Below, one piece after another: positions 29,562-39,336 of a stretch of 64,000 bases of DNA. The stretch is from an uncultured Actinomycetes bacterium (lineage in GTDB: Bacteria > Actinomycetota > Thermoleophilia > Gaiellales > Gaiellaceae), in the NCBI GenBank assembly GCA_963848665.1, contig CAWKEF010000008.1, forward strand, positions 165,184 through 229,183. Reading direction: 5' to 3'. The notes below the pieces were generated by a model. That model searched no databases. It worked only from the letters and a program-made list of their open reading frames with translations, and was not told where the DNA came from. The first letter of the stretch is position 1; each line of letters starts with the position of its first letter. Made by a program: the position numbers and the translations under genes.

Positions 29562-30446
29562 ATGGGTGCGGGGCAGGTCGCTGCGCTGCGGAGCTTCAAC
29601 CGGTCTGTGACGGAGCGGGTGGGCGCGCTCGAGGTCGAGTACCTGGGGCGGGACCGGCCGCTCGGCGAGTCGCGGCTGCTGTGGGAGCTTTCCTCGGAGC
29701 CGCGGGAGATCCGGGAGCTGCGGCGCGGTCTCGGGCTCGATTCGGGCTACGTGAGCCGGCTGCTCCGCTCGCTCGAGGGGCAGGGTCTCGCGATCGTCGA
29801 CGAGAGCGCCTCCGACGGACGCGTTCGCACGGCGCGCCTCACCTCGCGGGGCCGCCGCGAGCGGGCGGAGCTCGACCGCCTCTCCGACGAGCTCGCCTGG
29901 TCGATCCTCGAGCCGCTCGACGAGCGTCAACGCGCGAAGCTCGCGGAGGCGGCCGAGACCGTCGAGCGGCTCCTCGAGGCCTCGCTCGTCACGATCTCGG
30001 CCGAGGATCCGTCGAGTCCCGATGCCCGCTCGTGCATCGAGCAGTACTTCGCCGAGCTCGCCGAGCGGTTCGACACGGGCTTCGACCCGGCGTTGAGCAT
30101 CCCGGCCGATGCCGACGACATGACGCCTCCGAGGGGCCTCCTGCTCGTCGCGCGGCTACGCGAGCAGCCGGTGGGCTGCGGCGCGCTCAAGCACCACCCC
30201 GGCGAGCCGTCCGAGCTCAAGCGGATGTGGGTCGACCGGGGAGCGCGCGGCCTCGGCCTCGGCCGGCGCCTCCTCGGAGAGCTCGAGCGGCGTGCGGCGG
30301 CGGCGGGCGCCTCGACGGTGCGGCTCGAGACGAACAGGACCCTCGTCGAGGCGATTCGGCTCTACCGGTCGGCCGGGTACAGGGAGGTTCCGCGCTTCAA
30401 CGACGAGCCGTACGCGCACCACTGGTTCGAGAAGCAGCTCTGCTGA
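29562..30446 (+). CDS. MarR-type HTH domain fused to GNAT N-acetyltransferase
   Basis: The N-terminal wHTH reads REIRELRRGLGLDSGYVSRLLRSLEGQGL. The C-terminal GNAT domain has the acetyl-CoA loop RGARGLGLGRRLL and ...AIRLYRSAGY. Confidence 0.85.
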   Translation: MGAGQVAALRSFNRSVTERVGALEVEYLGRDRPLGESRLLWELSSEPREIRELRRGLGLDSGYVSRLLRSLEGQGLAIVDESASDGRVRTARLTSRGRRERAELDRLSDELAWSILEPLDERQRAKLAEAAETVERLLEASLVTISAEDPSSPDARSCIEQYFAELAERFDTGFDPALSIPADADDMTPPRGLLLVARLREQPVGCGALKHHPGEPSELKRMWVDRGARGLGLGRRLLGELERRAAAAGASTVRLETNRTLVEAIRLYRSAGYREVPRFNDEPYAHHWFEKQLC

Positions 30447-30473
30447 TCCGAAGCCGGGCCCCGGCTCCCTATC

Positions 30474-30896
30474 TTGGGGGAGGCGCCGAGACCCCCCGTC
30501 AACGATGACAAGAGGGTGGGTGACTTCGCGAAGCTCAACGCGGACGCGCTCGACCGGGCGCTCGCGATCCGTCGGCGCGACCTCGAGAGCGCGGGCGAGG
30601 AGGAGCGGGCACGGGGTGAGTTCGCCCTCGCTGCCATCGAGGGCTACGCGGCGCTCCTGCGGCTTCCGGCGGTGCCTGCCCCGGCGCGCAACCCGGTCCG
30701 CTACTGCTTCAAGCTCGTCTTTCCGGACGGCCGTTGGAGCGTCGACGAGAAGCAGCTCCCGGCCGCCCCGCAGGAGGGCGACGTCCTCGACTTCGACGGC
30801 TACGGCGGCTGGCGCATCCAGGGCTCCCAGCACGTCGGCGTGAAGCCCGCCGGCAAGGCGCCGCGCGAGTTCTTCGTCTGCGCCCCAGCCGCGTAG
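30474..30896 (+). CDS. hypothetical protein
   Basis: A 140-codon ORF with GC3-rich usage and no competing gene on the other strand. The start is uncertain. Confidence 0.4.
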   Translation: MGEAPRPPVNDDKRVGDFAKLNADALDRALAIRRRDLESAGEEERARGEFALAAIEGYAALLRLPAVPAPARNPVRYCFKLVFPDGRWSVDEKQLPAAPQEGDVLDFDGYGGWRIQGSQHVGVKPAGKAPREFFVCAPAA

Positions 30897-30935
30897 GACC
30901 GCGTAACGTTCCGGTCAGTCGTCAGACTGATCGAC

Positions 30936-31586
30936 ATGTTCCTCTTCTCGAAACCCAGCACGATGATCACGGCCGACGAGGCGCTGCCCGGCCGCGACGA
31001 GCCCATGCCCGTTCCCGCAGCGCACGAGGTGCTCGGCACGCCGATCGCGCCGCCGTTCCCCGAAGGGCTCGAGCAGGTAGTTCTCGGCCTCGGCTGCTTC
31101 TGGGGCGCGGAGCGCCTCTTCTGGAACGCGCCCGGCGTCTACACGACCGCGGTCGGCTACGCCGGCGGCTTCACCCCGAATCCGACGTACGAGGAGGTCT
31201 GCTCGGGGCACACCGGGCACACCGAGGCCGTGCTCGTCGTCTTCGATCCTGACGTCACGAGCTACGACGAGATCCTCCGCCTGTTCTGGGAGGGTCACGA
31301 CCCGACCCAGGGCATGCGCCAGGGCAACGATCGCGGCACGCAGTACCGGTCGGCGATCTATACGGCCGGCGAATCACAGCGTGCCGCCGCCGAGGCAGCG
31401 CGCGAGCGTTTCCAGGCGGAGCTCGGCAAGGCCGGCTACGGCGAGATCACGACCGAGATCGCGGAGGCAGGGCCGTTCTACTACGCCGAGCCGTACCACC
31501 AGCAGTACCTCGCGAAGAACCCGAACGGCTACTGCGGGCTCGGCGGCACCGGCGTCGCCTGCCCGGTCGGGCTCAAGACCGCGTAA
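30936..31586 (+). CDS. msrA: peptide-methionine (S)-S-oxide reductase
   Basis: GLGCFWGAE active site, GYAGG...[13 protein letters not shown], and QG.D.G.QYRS.I. Confidence 0.95.
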   Translation: MFLFSKPSTMITADEALPGRDEPMPVPAAHEVLGTPIAPPFPEGLEQVVLGLGCFWGAERLFWNAPGVYTTAVGYAGGFTPNPTYEEVCSGHTGHTEAVLVVFDPDVTSYDEILRLFWEGHDPTQGMRQGNDRGTQYRSAIYTAGESQRAAAEAARERFQAELGKAGYGEITTEIAEAGPFYYAEPYHQQYLAKNPNGYCGLGGTGVACPVGLKTA

Positions 31587-31603
31587 CCCTATTCGGCCGT
31601 TCC

Positions 31604-31640
31604 CCGTTCTTCGGTCATGGCTCTGAAGACCGAAGAACGG
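31604..31640 (+). terminator. perfect 13-bp inverted repeat (ccgttcttcggtc / gaccgaagaacgg) 18 nt after the msrA stop; its loop holds the ATG of the next gene
   Basis: Read directly. The stem arms are 31604-31616 and 31628-31640, and the 11-nt loop is atggctctgaa. There is no U-tract. Confidence 0.45.
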
Positions 31641-31850
31641 GTGCGGTCGGCGATCGCCCAGGTCGGCGAGGGCATCTCGGAGAAGGCGTGGAGCGTCGGT
31701 CGCGACAAGAAGGCCGAGCGCAAGAAGCGCCTTGCCTGGGGTGCGCTCCAGGGCGGCATCGCAGCCGTGTTCACGCTTGCGGCCCGTCGCCTCGTCGCGA
31801 AGGCGTGGGGCGTGCTCACCGGCGAGCAGCCGCCCTCCAAGAAGATCTAA
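31617..31850 (+). CDS. small DUF4235-like protein
   Basis: A 77-aa ORF whose C-terminal segment AARRLVAKAWGVLTGEQPP resembles the actinobacterial DUF4235 signature. Confidence 0.55.
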   Translation: MALKTEERVRSAIAQVGEGISEKAWSVGRDKKAERKKRLAWGALQGGIAAVFTLAARRLVAKAWGVLTGEQPPSKKI

Positions 31851-32578
31851 GCCGTCTCGCCGCCGTCCATCGAGATCACGGCGCCGGTGAAATACGCGCC
31901 CTCGTCGCTCGCGAGAAACGCATAGAGCGCAGCGATCTCGTCCGGCCTCGCGTGCCGGCCGAGCGGGATCGACTCGTTCACGCGGGCGAGCATCTCGGGC
32001 GTGTACTCCGCTTCCTGCATCGGCGTCAACACATAGCCCGGGCACACGGCGTTGACCCGCACGTGCGGCGCGAGCTCGCGCGCCATCGTGCGCGCGAGCA
32101 GGATCACGCCGGCCTTCGACGCGTTGTAGTCGGCGTAGTACTCGTGGCCCGTAAGGCCGTTCGTCGAGGCCGTCATGAGAATGACGCCGCCGCCGCCGTC
32201 CGTCATTCTGCGCGCCGCCTGCTGAGCACAGTGAAAGACGCCGGTCAGGTTGACATCGAGCACGCGTCGCCAGTCTGCGCCGTCGATCTCGAGAAACGGC
32301 TTGCGGATCGAGATGCCGGCGTTCGCAACGAGTACGTCGATGCCGCCGAGCAGCTCGTCCACCGCGACAAAGGCGGCTGCGACTGCGTCCGCATCGGCGA
32401 CGTCGCAGCGCAGGGCCTCGATGCCCGGGATGCGGCCGGCGGCCGTTGCGACCTCTTCCTCGCCGACCGCGAGCGCGGCGACGTGGGCGCCCTCCTCGAT
32501 GAAGCGCCGGCTCGTCGCCTCACCGATACCGCTCGTGCCGCCTGTGACGACGACGCGCTTTCCGGTGAGGCCCTTCAT
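31847..32578 (-). CDS. short-chain dehydrogenase/reductase (SDR)
   Basis: ATG 32578 overlaps the upstream stop (ATGA). Motifs TGGTSGIG, NAG and YNASKAG. Confidence 0.9.
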   Translation of the reverse strand: MKGLTGKRVVVTGGTSGIGEATSRRFIEEGAHVAALAVGEEEVATAAGRIPGIEALRCDVADADAVAAAFVAVDELLGGIDVLVANAGISIRKPFLEIDGADWRRVLDVNLTGVFHCAQQAARRMTDGGGGVILMTASTNGLTGHEYYADYNASKAGVILLARTMARELAPHVRVNAVCPGYVLTPMQEAEYTPEMLARVNESIPLGRHARPDEIAALYAFLASDEGAYFTGAVISMDGGETA

Positions 32579-33618
32579 GCGGCGAGCCGCTCGGCGAGAT
32601 AGCGCAGCGCGATCGGATAGCGGTACTCGATCGAGCTGTGCGTCCCGTCGAAGAGCTCGAAGAAGACGTCCGTGACGCCGATCCGCTCGAGCGCCTGCCG
32701 AAAGCCCTCGGCGCCGAGGTCGAGATAGAACTGGTCGCGCTTGCCCGAGTCGATGTAGATCGCACGCAACCCGCGCAGAGCGTCCGAGTGCGTGTCGACC
32801 ATGCGCACGGGGTCCCACGCGAGCCAACGCTCCCAGACCTCGTCGATCAGCTGCCCCGTCTTCGGGTCGAACGGCAGATCGATCGAGCCGTCCTCGTTCG
32901 CCGAGTAGCACGCCGCCATCGCCCAGGTGTTGAGCATCGGGAAGTCGCTCGACCTCGAGAACGCAGGCCGGGAGCGGAAGTCCTGCCAGAAGCTCTCGAA
33001 CGAGCCGTCGTAGGTGTCGCGCAGGACGCGCGTCGCATCGCGGAAGTCCGGGAGATAGCAGAGCTCGAACAGCGCGTCGCCGGCGTGCGTCGCAAGGCCT
33101 CCGAACAGGTCGGGGCGCAGCATCGGGGTCACCATTGCGCCGTACCCGCCGCTCGACTTGCCTGCGATGCCGCGGTTGCGGGCGTCGGCGAGCGTGCGAT
33201 AGCTCGAGTCGACGAACGGCACTACCTCGTCGCAGAGATAGGTGTGGTAGTTGCCGACGCCGGGGGAGTCGAGAAACTGCGACCCGCCGTAGGACGTCCA
33301 CGCATCGACGAAGACGACGAGGGCCGGCGGGCAGCCGCCGTCGGAGAAGAGCGCGTCCACCAGCTCGATCACGTTCGGACGGAACGCGGAGCGGTTGCGC
33401 CACATGTCGATCTGGCCGGTGTGGCCCTGGATCAGGTAGATCGACGGAAGCCGGACATCGGCGGCGGCCGGCGGGGTGTACACCCAGAGCGGCCGCACAT
33501 GCGGATCGCCGAGGCGATTGCCGCGCAGCGCGGCGCTCTCGAGGACGTGCTCGTCGAGCCGCCCTACGAGCTCACGCGACCAAGGTTCCACGAGCCGCAT
33601 TCTTTCTCGTTCCGTCAC
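32575..33618 (-). CDS. alpha/beta-hydrolase esterase (esterase D/enterochelin-esterase-like)
   Basis: Intact 347-aa ORF with the nucleophile elbow GKSSGGYGA and Putative-esterase-like blocks (YLIQGHTG, VVFVD). Confidence 0.8.
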   Translation of the reverse strand: MTERERMRLVEPWSRELVGRLDEHVLESAALRGNRLGDPHVRPLWVYTPPAAADVRLPSIYLIQGHTGQIDMWRNRSAFRPNVIELVDALFSDGGCPPALVVFVDAWTSYGGSQFLDSPGVGNYHTYLCDEVVPFVDSSYRTLADARNRGIAGKSSGGYGAMVTPMLRPDLFGGLATHAGDALFELCYLPDFRDATRVLRDTYDGSFESFWQDFRSRPAFSRSSDFPMLNTWAMAACYSANEDGSIDLPFDPKTGQLIDEVWERWLAWDPVRMVDTHSDALRGLRAIYIDSGKRDQFYLDLGAEGFRQALERIGVTDVFFELFDGTHSSIEYRYPIALRYLAERLAA

Positions 33619-33628
33619 ATCTCGCGGC

Positions 33629-33634
33629 TAGAGT
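33629..33634 (+). promoter_or_regulatory. -10 hexamer TAGAGT, 7 nt upstream of GTG 33642
   Basis: Read directly; there is no SD. Confidence 0.4.
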
Positions 33635-33641
33635 CGCCGTC

Positions 33642-34046
33642 GTGGGCCGGGTGGTCGGGATTTTGCTCGCGGTTGCGCTGCTCGCCGCGGGCTGCGGAGT
33701 GCGCACGACGAAGCCGTTCACCGCCACCGGAACGATCGGCTGCCTCAGGTCGCACGGCTTCACCGGCGTGACGAGGGACCCGGTCAAGGTCGGGTTCATC
33801 GCCGCTTTCGCGGACAACGGTGGAATCCAGGCGCGCTCGTCGACCGGAAACCTCCTCACGATCGCCTTCACGGCCGACTCGGACTCGACCGCCTCGACCG
33901 AGCAGGCGTTCCGCTCGCACGCTCCGAAGAGCCTGCGTCCGCACATCACCGACATCATGTCCTCGAACCGGAACGCGGTACTCGTCTGGACGACGACGCC
34001 GGGCTCGGACGAGCTCGCGGCCGCCACGGGCTGCCTGCACCCCTAG
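33642..34046 (+). CDS. lipoprotein of unknown function
   Basis: (M)GRVVGILLAVALLAAGC has the lipobox LAAGC. This is the C-terminal part of ORF 33135-34046. Confidence 0.65.
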   Translation: MGRVVGILLAVALLAAGCGVRTTKPFTATGTIGCLRSHGFTGVTRDPVKVGFIAAFADNGGIQARSSTGNLLTIAFTADSDSTASTEQAFRSHAPKSLRPHITDIMSSNRNAVLVWTTTPGSDELAAATGCLHP

Positions 34047-34071
34047 AGGCTTGATGCAAGCCTCTGGCTAG
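34043..34071. repeat. imperfect palindrome ctagaggcttg-atg-caagcctct(gg)ctag, sharing 14 nt with the 26567 repeat
   Basis: Read directly. It lies between the lipoprotein stop and pdxS and overlaps the pdxS -10. Confidence 0.7.
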
Positions 34072-34074
34072 AAT
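34069..34074 (+). promoter_or_regulatory. -10 hexamer TAGAAT, 7 nt upstream of ATG 34082 (pdxS)
   Basis: Read directly; there is no SD. Confidence 0.45.
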
Positions 34075-34081
34075 CCCGCGC

Positions 34082-34966
34082 ATGGCCGAGTACGGGACGA
34101 TGCGGGTGAAGAGCGGCCTCGCCGAGATGCTCAAGGGCGGGGTGATCATGGATGTGGTCAACGCCGACCAGGCGAAGATCGCCGAGGCCGCCGGTGCGGT
34201 CGCGGTGATGGCGCTCGAGCGCGTCCCGGCCGACATCCGCGCCGACGGCGGCGTCGCCCGGATGTCCGATCCAGAGGTGATCCGCGAGATCCAGGAGGCC
34301 GTGACGATCCCGGTGATGGCGAAATGCCGCATCGGCCACTTCGCCGAGGCGCAGATCCTCGAGGCGCTCGAGATCGACTACATCGACGAGTCGGAGGTGC
34401 TGACGCCCGCCGATCTCGCGCACCACGTCGACAAGTGGAAGTTCACGGTGCCGTTCGTCTGCGGTGCGACGAACCTCGGCGAGGCCCTCCGCCGCATCGG
34501 CGAAGGCGCGGCGATGATCCGCACGAAGGGCGAGGCGGGCACGGGCGACATCGTCAACGCCGTCACGCACATGCGGGCGGTGTTCGGGCACATTCGCCGT
34601 CTGGGCGCGCTCGCCGAGGAAGAGCTCTACACGGAGGCGAAGAACGTCCAGGCGCCGTACGAGCTCGTGAGCTGGGTCGCCGAGCACGGACGCCTGCCGG
34701 TCGTCACCTTCACTGCGGGCGGCATCGCGACTCCGGCCGATGCGTCGCTCTGCATGCAGCTCGGCGCCGACGGCGTCTTCGTCGGCTCGGGCATCTTCAA
34801 GTCGGGCGATCCCGAGCGCCGCGCGAAGGCGATCGTCGAGGCGACGACGCACTTCAACGACGCGGAGATCCTCGCGCGCGTGTCCGCCGGCCTCGGCGAG
34901 CCGATGGTCGGCATCTCGACGCAGTCGCTCGACCCGTCGCAGCTGCTCGAGACGCGCGGCTGGTAG
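34082..34966 (+). CDS. pdxS: pyridoxal 5'-phosphate synthase, lyase subunit
   Basis: [36 protein letters not shown] and the rest of the ORF match the highly conserved PdxS sequence. Confidence 0.95.
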   Translation: MAEYGTMRVKSGLAEMLKGGVIMDVVNADQAKIAEAAGAVAVMALERVPADIRADGGVARMSDPEVIREIQEAVTIPVMAKCRIGHFAEAQILEALEIDYIDESEVLTPADLAHHVDKWKFTVPFVCGATNLGEALRRIGEGAAMIRTKGEAGTGDIVNAVTHMRAVFGHIRRLGALAEEELYTEAKNVQAPYELVSWVAEHGRLPVVTFTAGGIATPADASLCMQLGADGVFVGSGIFKSGDPERRAKAIVEATTHFNDAEILARVSAGLGEPMVGISTQSLDPSQLLETRGW

Positions 34967-35005
34967 CCGAAGCGCCGTCCGCTCCGGGGAATACGGTTCC
35001 CCCGG

Positions 35006-35908
35006 ATGCAGGCGGCCGTTCGTAAACCTGTCTGGACGACGTCGTCGTTCCTGCTCTACGCGGGCGGGCTGACCGTCCTCGGCGCGGTGGTCGGCGCCCT
35101 CGCCTACCTCGCGAGCCAGTACGGCAGCGGCGCCTACGTCGCTTGGGCACTCCTGCCGCTCTTCGTGCTGTACGCCGTCGCCTTCGTCTTCCGGTCGCGC
35201 GGCGAATGGATCGCGGCCGGCGTCTTCGCCTTCGTCGGGCTCCTCATGTGGATCAATTTTCTCGGCGCGCTCGAGAGCTGGTGGGGCTGGCTCGGGAAGA
35301 GCCAGAGCTCGGCATTCGGCGGCTGGCACTGGGGGGCGCTCCTCGTCGCGGCGCTCGCCTTTGCCGCCGCGATCGTCGACCTGCTCCTCTTCCGCTTCCC
35401 GCTCCTCGTCCTCGTCGCCGCGCTCGCGGCTTGGTACTTCGTCACCGACGTCCTCTCCGGCGGAGGCAGCTGGACCGCGGTCGTCACGCTCTTCATCGGG
35501 CTCGTCTACCTGCTCGTCGGCGTCTCGCTCGACCGGGGGCGGCGAAGGCCGTACGGCTTCTGGCTCCATCTCCTCGCCGGTCTGCTCATCGGGGGCGCGC
35601 TCCTCTACTGGTGGCACTCGGGCGACACGGACTACGCGCTCCTCTCCGCGGCCGCGGTCGTCTACGTGGGCATCGGCGTGTCGACGGGCCGCTCGAGCTG
35701 GGCCGTGCTCGGCGTCGGGGCGATCCTCGTCGCGTTCGGCCACTTCTCGAACGAGTGGGCGAGCACGAGCTTCTCGTCGGTCTTCACGGGGAACCGCGAC
35801 TGGGTGCCACCGCTCGTCTTCGGCATCGTGGGCTTCTTCATCGTGCTGCTCGGCCTCCTCGCCGGGCGGCGCGCCGCTCCGTCGGCGCCCGCGCTGCCGC
35901 CGGAGTAG
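35006..35908 (+). CDS. polytopic membrane protein of unknown function, inserted between pdxS and pdxT
   Basis: Intact 300-aa ORF with about 8 hydrophobic segments and Trp-rich loops. Confidence 0.7.
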   Translation: MQAAVRKPVWTTSSFLLYAGGLTVLGAVVGALAYLASQYGSGAYVAWALLPLFVLYAVAFVFRSRGEWIAAGVFAFVGLLMWINFLGALESWWGWLGKSQSSAFGGWHWGALLVAALAFAAAIVDLLLFRFPLLVLVAALAAWYFVTDVLSGGGSWTAVVTLFIGLVYLLVGVSLDRGRRRPYGFWLHLLAGLLIGGALLYWWHSGDTDYALLSAAAVVYVGIGVSTGRSSWAVLGVGAILVAFGHFSNEWASTSFSSVFTGNRDWVPPLVFGIVGFFIVLLGLLAGRRAAPSAPALPPE

Positions 35909-35915
35909 ACGCCAC

Positions 35916-35921
35916 TACAAT
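35916..35921 (+). promoter_or_regulatory. -10 hexamer TACAAT, 7 nt upstream of GTG 35929 (pdxT)
   Basis: Read directly; there is no SD. Confidence 0.45.
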
Positions 35922-35928
35922 CCGCGCC

Positions 35929-36495
35929 GTGGACAGAACGCTGAGAATCGGCGTGCTCGCCGTGCAGGGCAACTTCCGTGAGCACGCCGCGATGCTGCGC
36001 CGCCTCGGCGCGGAGCCGGTCGAGGTGCGCCTGCCGAGCGAGCTCGACGGCCTCGACGGCCTGATCATCCCGGGCGGCGAATCGACGACGATCACGCGCC
36101 TGATGGAGCTCTACGGGCTCGACGAGGCACTGCGCGGGTTCGGCGAGCCCATCTTCGGCACCTGTGCCGGCATGATCGTGCTCGATCGGGACCATCTCGG
36201 CCTCGCCGACATCAGCACGGCGCGAAACGCCTTCGGCCGGCAGGTCCACTCCTTCGAAGCCGACCTCGACATCGGTCAGGCGGGCGCGCCGCTACGGGCG
36301 GTCTTCATTCGCGCGCCCTGGATCGAGGAGGCCGGGCCCGGCGTCGAGATCCTCGCCGAGGTCGACGGTCACCCGGTGCTCGCACGAGACGGCCGCATCC
36401 TCGTCGCGGCGTTCCACCCGGAGCTGACCGACGACTCGCGAATCCACGAGCTCTTTCTCGACCAGGTTCGGGAGGGCGAGCATGTCCGGGCATAG
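35929..36495 (+). CDS. pdxT: pyridoxal 5'-phosphate synthase, glutaminase subunit
   Basis: [27 protein letters not shown] (catalytic Cys) and FHPEL. This is the C-terminal part of ORF 35143-36495. Confidence 0.9.
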   Translation: MDRTLRIGVLAVQGNFREHAAMLRRLGAEPVEVRLPSELDGLDGLIIPGGESTTITRLMELYGLDEALRGFGEPIFGTCAGMIVLDRDHLGLADISTARNAFGRQVHSFEADLDIGQAGAPLRAVFIRAPWIEEAGPGVEILAEVDGHPVLARDGRILVAAFHPELTDDSRIHELFLDQVREGEHVRA

Positions 36496-37237
36496 CAAGT
36501 GGTCGTCGATCAAGCACAAGAAAGGCGCCGCGGACGCGAAGCGGGGCAAGCTGTTCTCGAAGCTCTCGCGCGCGATCATCGTCGCGGCGAAAGAAGGCGG
36601 GGGCGACCCCGCCGGCAATCTCGCCCTGCAGAACGCGATCGAGAAGGCGAAGTCGTACTCGATGCCGAAGGACAACATCGATCGAGCGATCGCGAAAGGC
36701 TCCGGCGCGGATGCCGACGCGTCGGCGTTCGAGACGGTCGTCTACGAGGGCTACGGGCCGAGCGGCGTCGCCGTGATCGTCGAGGCGCTGACCGACAACC
36801 GCAACCGCACGGCGAGCGATGTACGCCACACGTTCGCGAAGAACGACGGCAATCTCGGCGGTTCCGGTGCGGTCTCGTGGCTCTTCGAACGGCGCGGCGT
36901 CGTGCTCGTTCCGGCGGACGGCACCGACGAGGATGAGCTGACGCTCGCTGCTGCGGAGGGTGGCGCCGACGACGTCGCGCTCGACGGATCGTCCTACCAG
37001 GTGCTGACCGCGCCCGAGAGCCTCGCCGCGGTGCGCGCGGCAATCGAGCGTGCCGGCTTCGCGATCGACTCGTCCGAGCTCACGATGTTGCCGAAGACGA
37101 CGATCGAAGTCGCGGACGAGAGCGACGCGAAGAAGGTGCTCCGCCTGATGGACCAGCTCGAGGACAACGACGACGTGCAGGACGTCTACGCGAACTTCGA
37201 CATCCCCGAGCGAGTCCTCGAGGCCGTGGCCGGCTAG
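36482..37237 (+). CDS. YebC/PmpR family DNA-binding transcriptional regulator
   Basis: [28 protein letters not shown] is the invariant YebC N-terminus. GGGAGGG lies 5 nt upstream of the ATG. Confidence 0.95.
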   Translation: MSGHSKWSSIKHKKGAADAKRGKLFSKLSRAIIVAAKEGGGDPAGNLALQNAIEKAKSYSMPKDNIDRAIAKGSGADADASAFETVVYEGYGPSGVAVIVEALTDNRNRTASDVRHTFAKNDGNLGGSGAVSWLFERRGVVLVPADGTDEDELTLAAAEGGADDVALDGSSYQVLTAPESLAAVRAAIERAGFAIDSSELTMLPKTTIEVADESDAKKVLRLMDQLEDNDDVQDVYANFDIPERVLEAVAG

Positions 37238-37253
37238 AGCCGGCGCTCCGCCG

Positions 37254-38573
37254 TCACTTCCAGCCGATCGCGCCCTTGTAGACCACGAACGGGAGGACGC
37301 CGACCGCGAGCAGGCCGAGGCCGGCCGCGACGAGCCGCGGTGCCCGCGACGCGAGCCGATCGGCGCACCAGCCGAAACAGAGCGCCCAGGCACCGAGCGT
37401 CGAGAGCATGTACGTCGGCTTCAGGACGTCGCCGTCCGGCGTGGGATAGCTGACGGTGAAATAGAGATAGCCCGCGATGCCTGCGAGGGGCAGCAGCGCG
37501 ACGAGCAGCCGTTCGGCGAAACGGCGCCGAAGCGAGCGGGCGAGGAGCGCGAGCCAGCCGACGACGGCGAGGATCGTCGGCACGACCCCGAAGACGCTCT
37601 GCACCGAGAGCCAGCCGTTGATCGCCGGCCGGGGCTTCGCCTCGGTGCCCTGATCCCACACGAAGACGCCGTACCAGTCGCCCCAGATGTCCGCATAGGT
37701 CTGAGGGCCCGCGAGGTTCACGAGGTTCGGTCGGTAGGGCTTCGTGAACACCTGCGGCAGGCCCGGATCGAGGTAGAAGCTTGCCGGGCGGCGCTCCAGG
37801 AGCGGCTTGTCCACGTGCGCGGGATCGAAGATCGGGTTCGCGTAATTGGCGGCGCGGTACACATACCAGGGGGTCGAGATGGCGACGCACGCGGCAAGCG
37901 CAATCGCGAGCGCGGTCGCAAGCTGCCGCCGCTCGGCTCGGCGCCAGCGCAATGCGGCGACAAACGCGAGCACGACGACAGCCAGCGTCCAGAGGGAGAA
38001 CTGCCGGACCATCTCGCCGGCGCCGAGCGCGACGCCCAGACCCAGTGCTGCGCGTCGGCTGAACCGCCGGCGAACGAGCATGCGCGCGGTGAGGTAGAGA
38101 CAGAGCACCGACACGAAGAGGTCGATCGTCTCGGGGTTGTACATCGACGCCGTGCGCAGCAACACGGGCGAAAATGCGACGTAGCCGAGCGCGGCAGGCA
38201 CAAGCCAGCGCCGGTCCGGCCAGAGGAGGCGAGCGAGCGCGCCGACGAGCAGGGCGATTCCGATCACAGCGGGGACATTCAGGAACTGCGCGAGCTTGTG
38301 CGGCTCGCCCATGCCCGCCTCGCGGCCGATCCACGTCACACCGCCCGCGATCGCGTAGTAGAGCGGGGGCGAGTAGTACTCGGGCGTCTCGTTTGCGTGC
38401 GGTAGCCGCAGGTTGTTGATCAGGAAGTCGCCGTACTCGCGGTGGGAGGTGGCGTCGTAGCCGGCCCCCGATGGATACGACGCTGCATTCCAGGCGGCGA
38501 CCAGGCCGACGAGCGCGATGAGGAAGAGACTGAGGCGCTCCGGAGTCAGCCGTCTGGCCGCAGCGATCCCCAC
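37254..38573 (-). CDS. GT-C fold membrane glycosyltransferase (PMT/ArnT, GT39/GT83-like)
   Basis: GTG 38573 lies 10 nt after the upstream stop. There are about 11 TM segments, a first extracytoplasmic loop with YDATSHREY, and a general layout like polyprenyl-phosphate-dependent glycosyltransferases. Confidence 0.6.
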   Translation of the reverse strand: MGIAAARRLTPERLSLFLIALVGLVAAWNAASYPSGAGYDATSHREYGDFLINNLRLPHANETPEYYSPPLYYAIAGGVTWIGREAGMGEPHKLAQFLNVPAVIGIALLVGALARLLWPDRRWLVPAALGYVAFSPVLLRTASMYNPETIDLFVSVLCLYLTARMLVRRRFSRRAALGLGVALGAGEMVRQFSLWTLAVVVLAFVAALRWRRAERRQLATALAIALAACVAISTPWYVYRAANYANPIFDPAHVDKPLLERRPASFYLDPGLPQVFTKPYRPNLVNLAGPQTYADIWGDWYGVFVWDQGTEAKPRPAINGWLSVQSVFGVVPTILAVVGWLALLARSLRRRFAERLLVALLPLAGIAGYLYFTVSYPTPDGDVLKPTYMLSTLGAWALCFGWCADRLASRAPRLVAAGLGLLAVGVLPFVVYKGAIGWK

Positions 38574-38583
38574 GAAGGGGAGC

Positions 38584-39336
38584 CTACGGGGCCTGAACGA
38601 CGACGCGCGAGTTCGGCCGCGCGACCGCGAGCACGAAGTCGATCTTCGCGCCGACGCTCGTGCCGAGCGCGCGCGACAGCGACGTCGGGACGCGGAAGCC
38701 GAGGTCGGCAGAGACCATGAGCCGCCGCAGCAAGCGGTCGCCCTTCGTCGTAAGAAGCTCGACCTTCGAGGTCTTGGTGGCCGCCTCGAGGCGTTTCGCG
38801 TCGTCGCCCTGGATCGTCGGCACGTTCCGGCCGGCGAGCGCAGCCACGCCCGTGAGCCCGTTCGCAGCCGCGACGACGTCGAGATCGCCCGTGACACGGT
38901 CGAGTGTCGCGCCGTCGCTCGTCATCTTCGGGCTGCGAATCCACGAGCCGATGTCCATCCCGCTGAAGCCGCCGGAGAACGAGAGGCCCTCGGCCTGCGC
39001 CGCCGAGAGCTCCTTCGTACGGCCGTTCGAGATCACCCAGAGATGCTGCCCGTTCGAGACGAGCGTGGCGGTCGCCGGTTTGCCGTTCGTCATCTGGGTG
39101 TAGACGATTCGCGCGAGCGGCGGCTTGCCGGCGCGCAGCGCGAACGGCCCCTTCAGCTCGAACCCGAACGGCTTGCCGCCACCGTGCGGCGTCACCACGA
39201 GCTTCAGGTCGAGCACGCCGCTGTGGATCTTCGCAACGTTCTTGCCCGTCGCAGAGACGACGCCGGACGCGCTCGAGCCGCCGCACCCCGAGGCGGCGAG
39301 CGCGAGGAGCGCGACGACCGGCAAGCAGCGGATCAC
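38584..39336 (-). CDS. lipoprotein of unknown function
   Basis: MIRCLPVVALLALAASGCGG has the lipobox LAASGC. The ATG overlaps the upstream stop (ATGA at 39333-39336). Confidence 0.7.
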   Translation of the reverse strand: MIRCLPVVALLALAASGCGGSSASGVVSATGKNVAKIHSGVLDLKLVVTPHGGGKPFGFELKGPFALRAGKPPLARIVYTQMTNGKPATATLVSNGQHLWVISNGRTKELSAAQAEGLSFSGGFSGMDIGSWIRSPKMTSDGATLDRVTGDLDVVAAANGLTGVAALAGRNVPTIQGDDAKRLEAATKTSKVELLTTKGDRLLRRLMVSADLGFRVPTSLSRALGTSVGAKIDFVLAVARPNSRVVVQAP

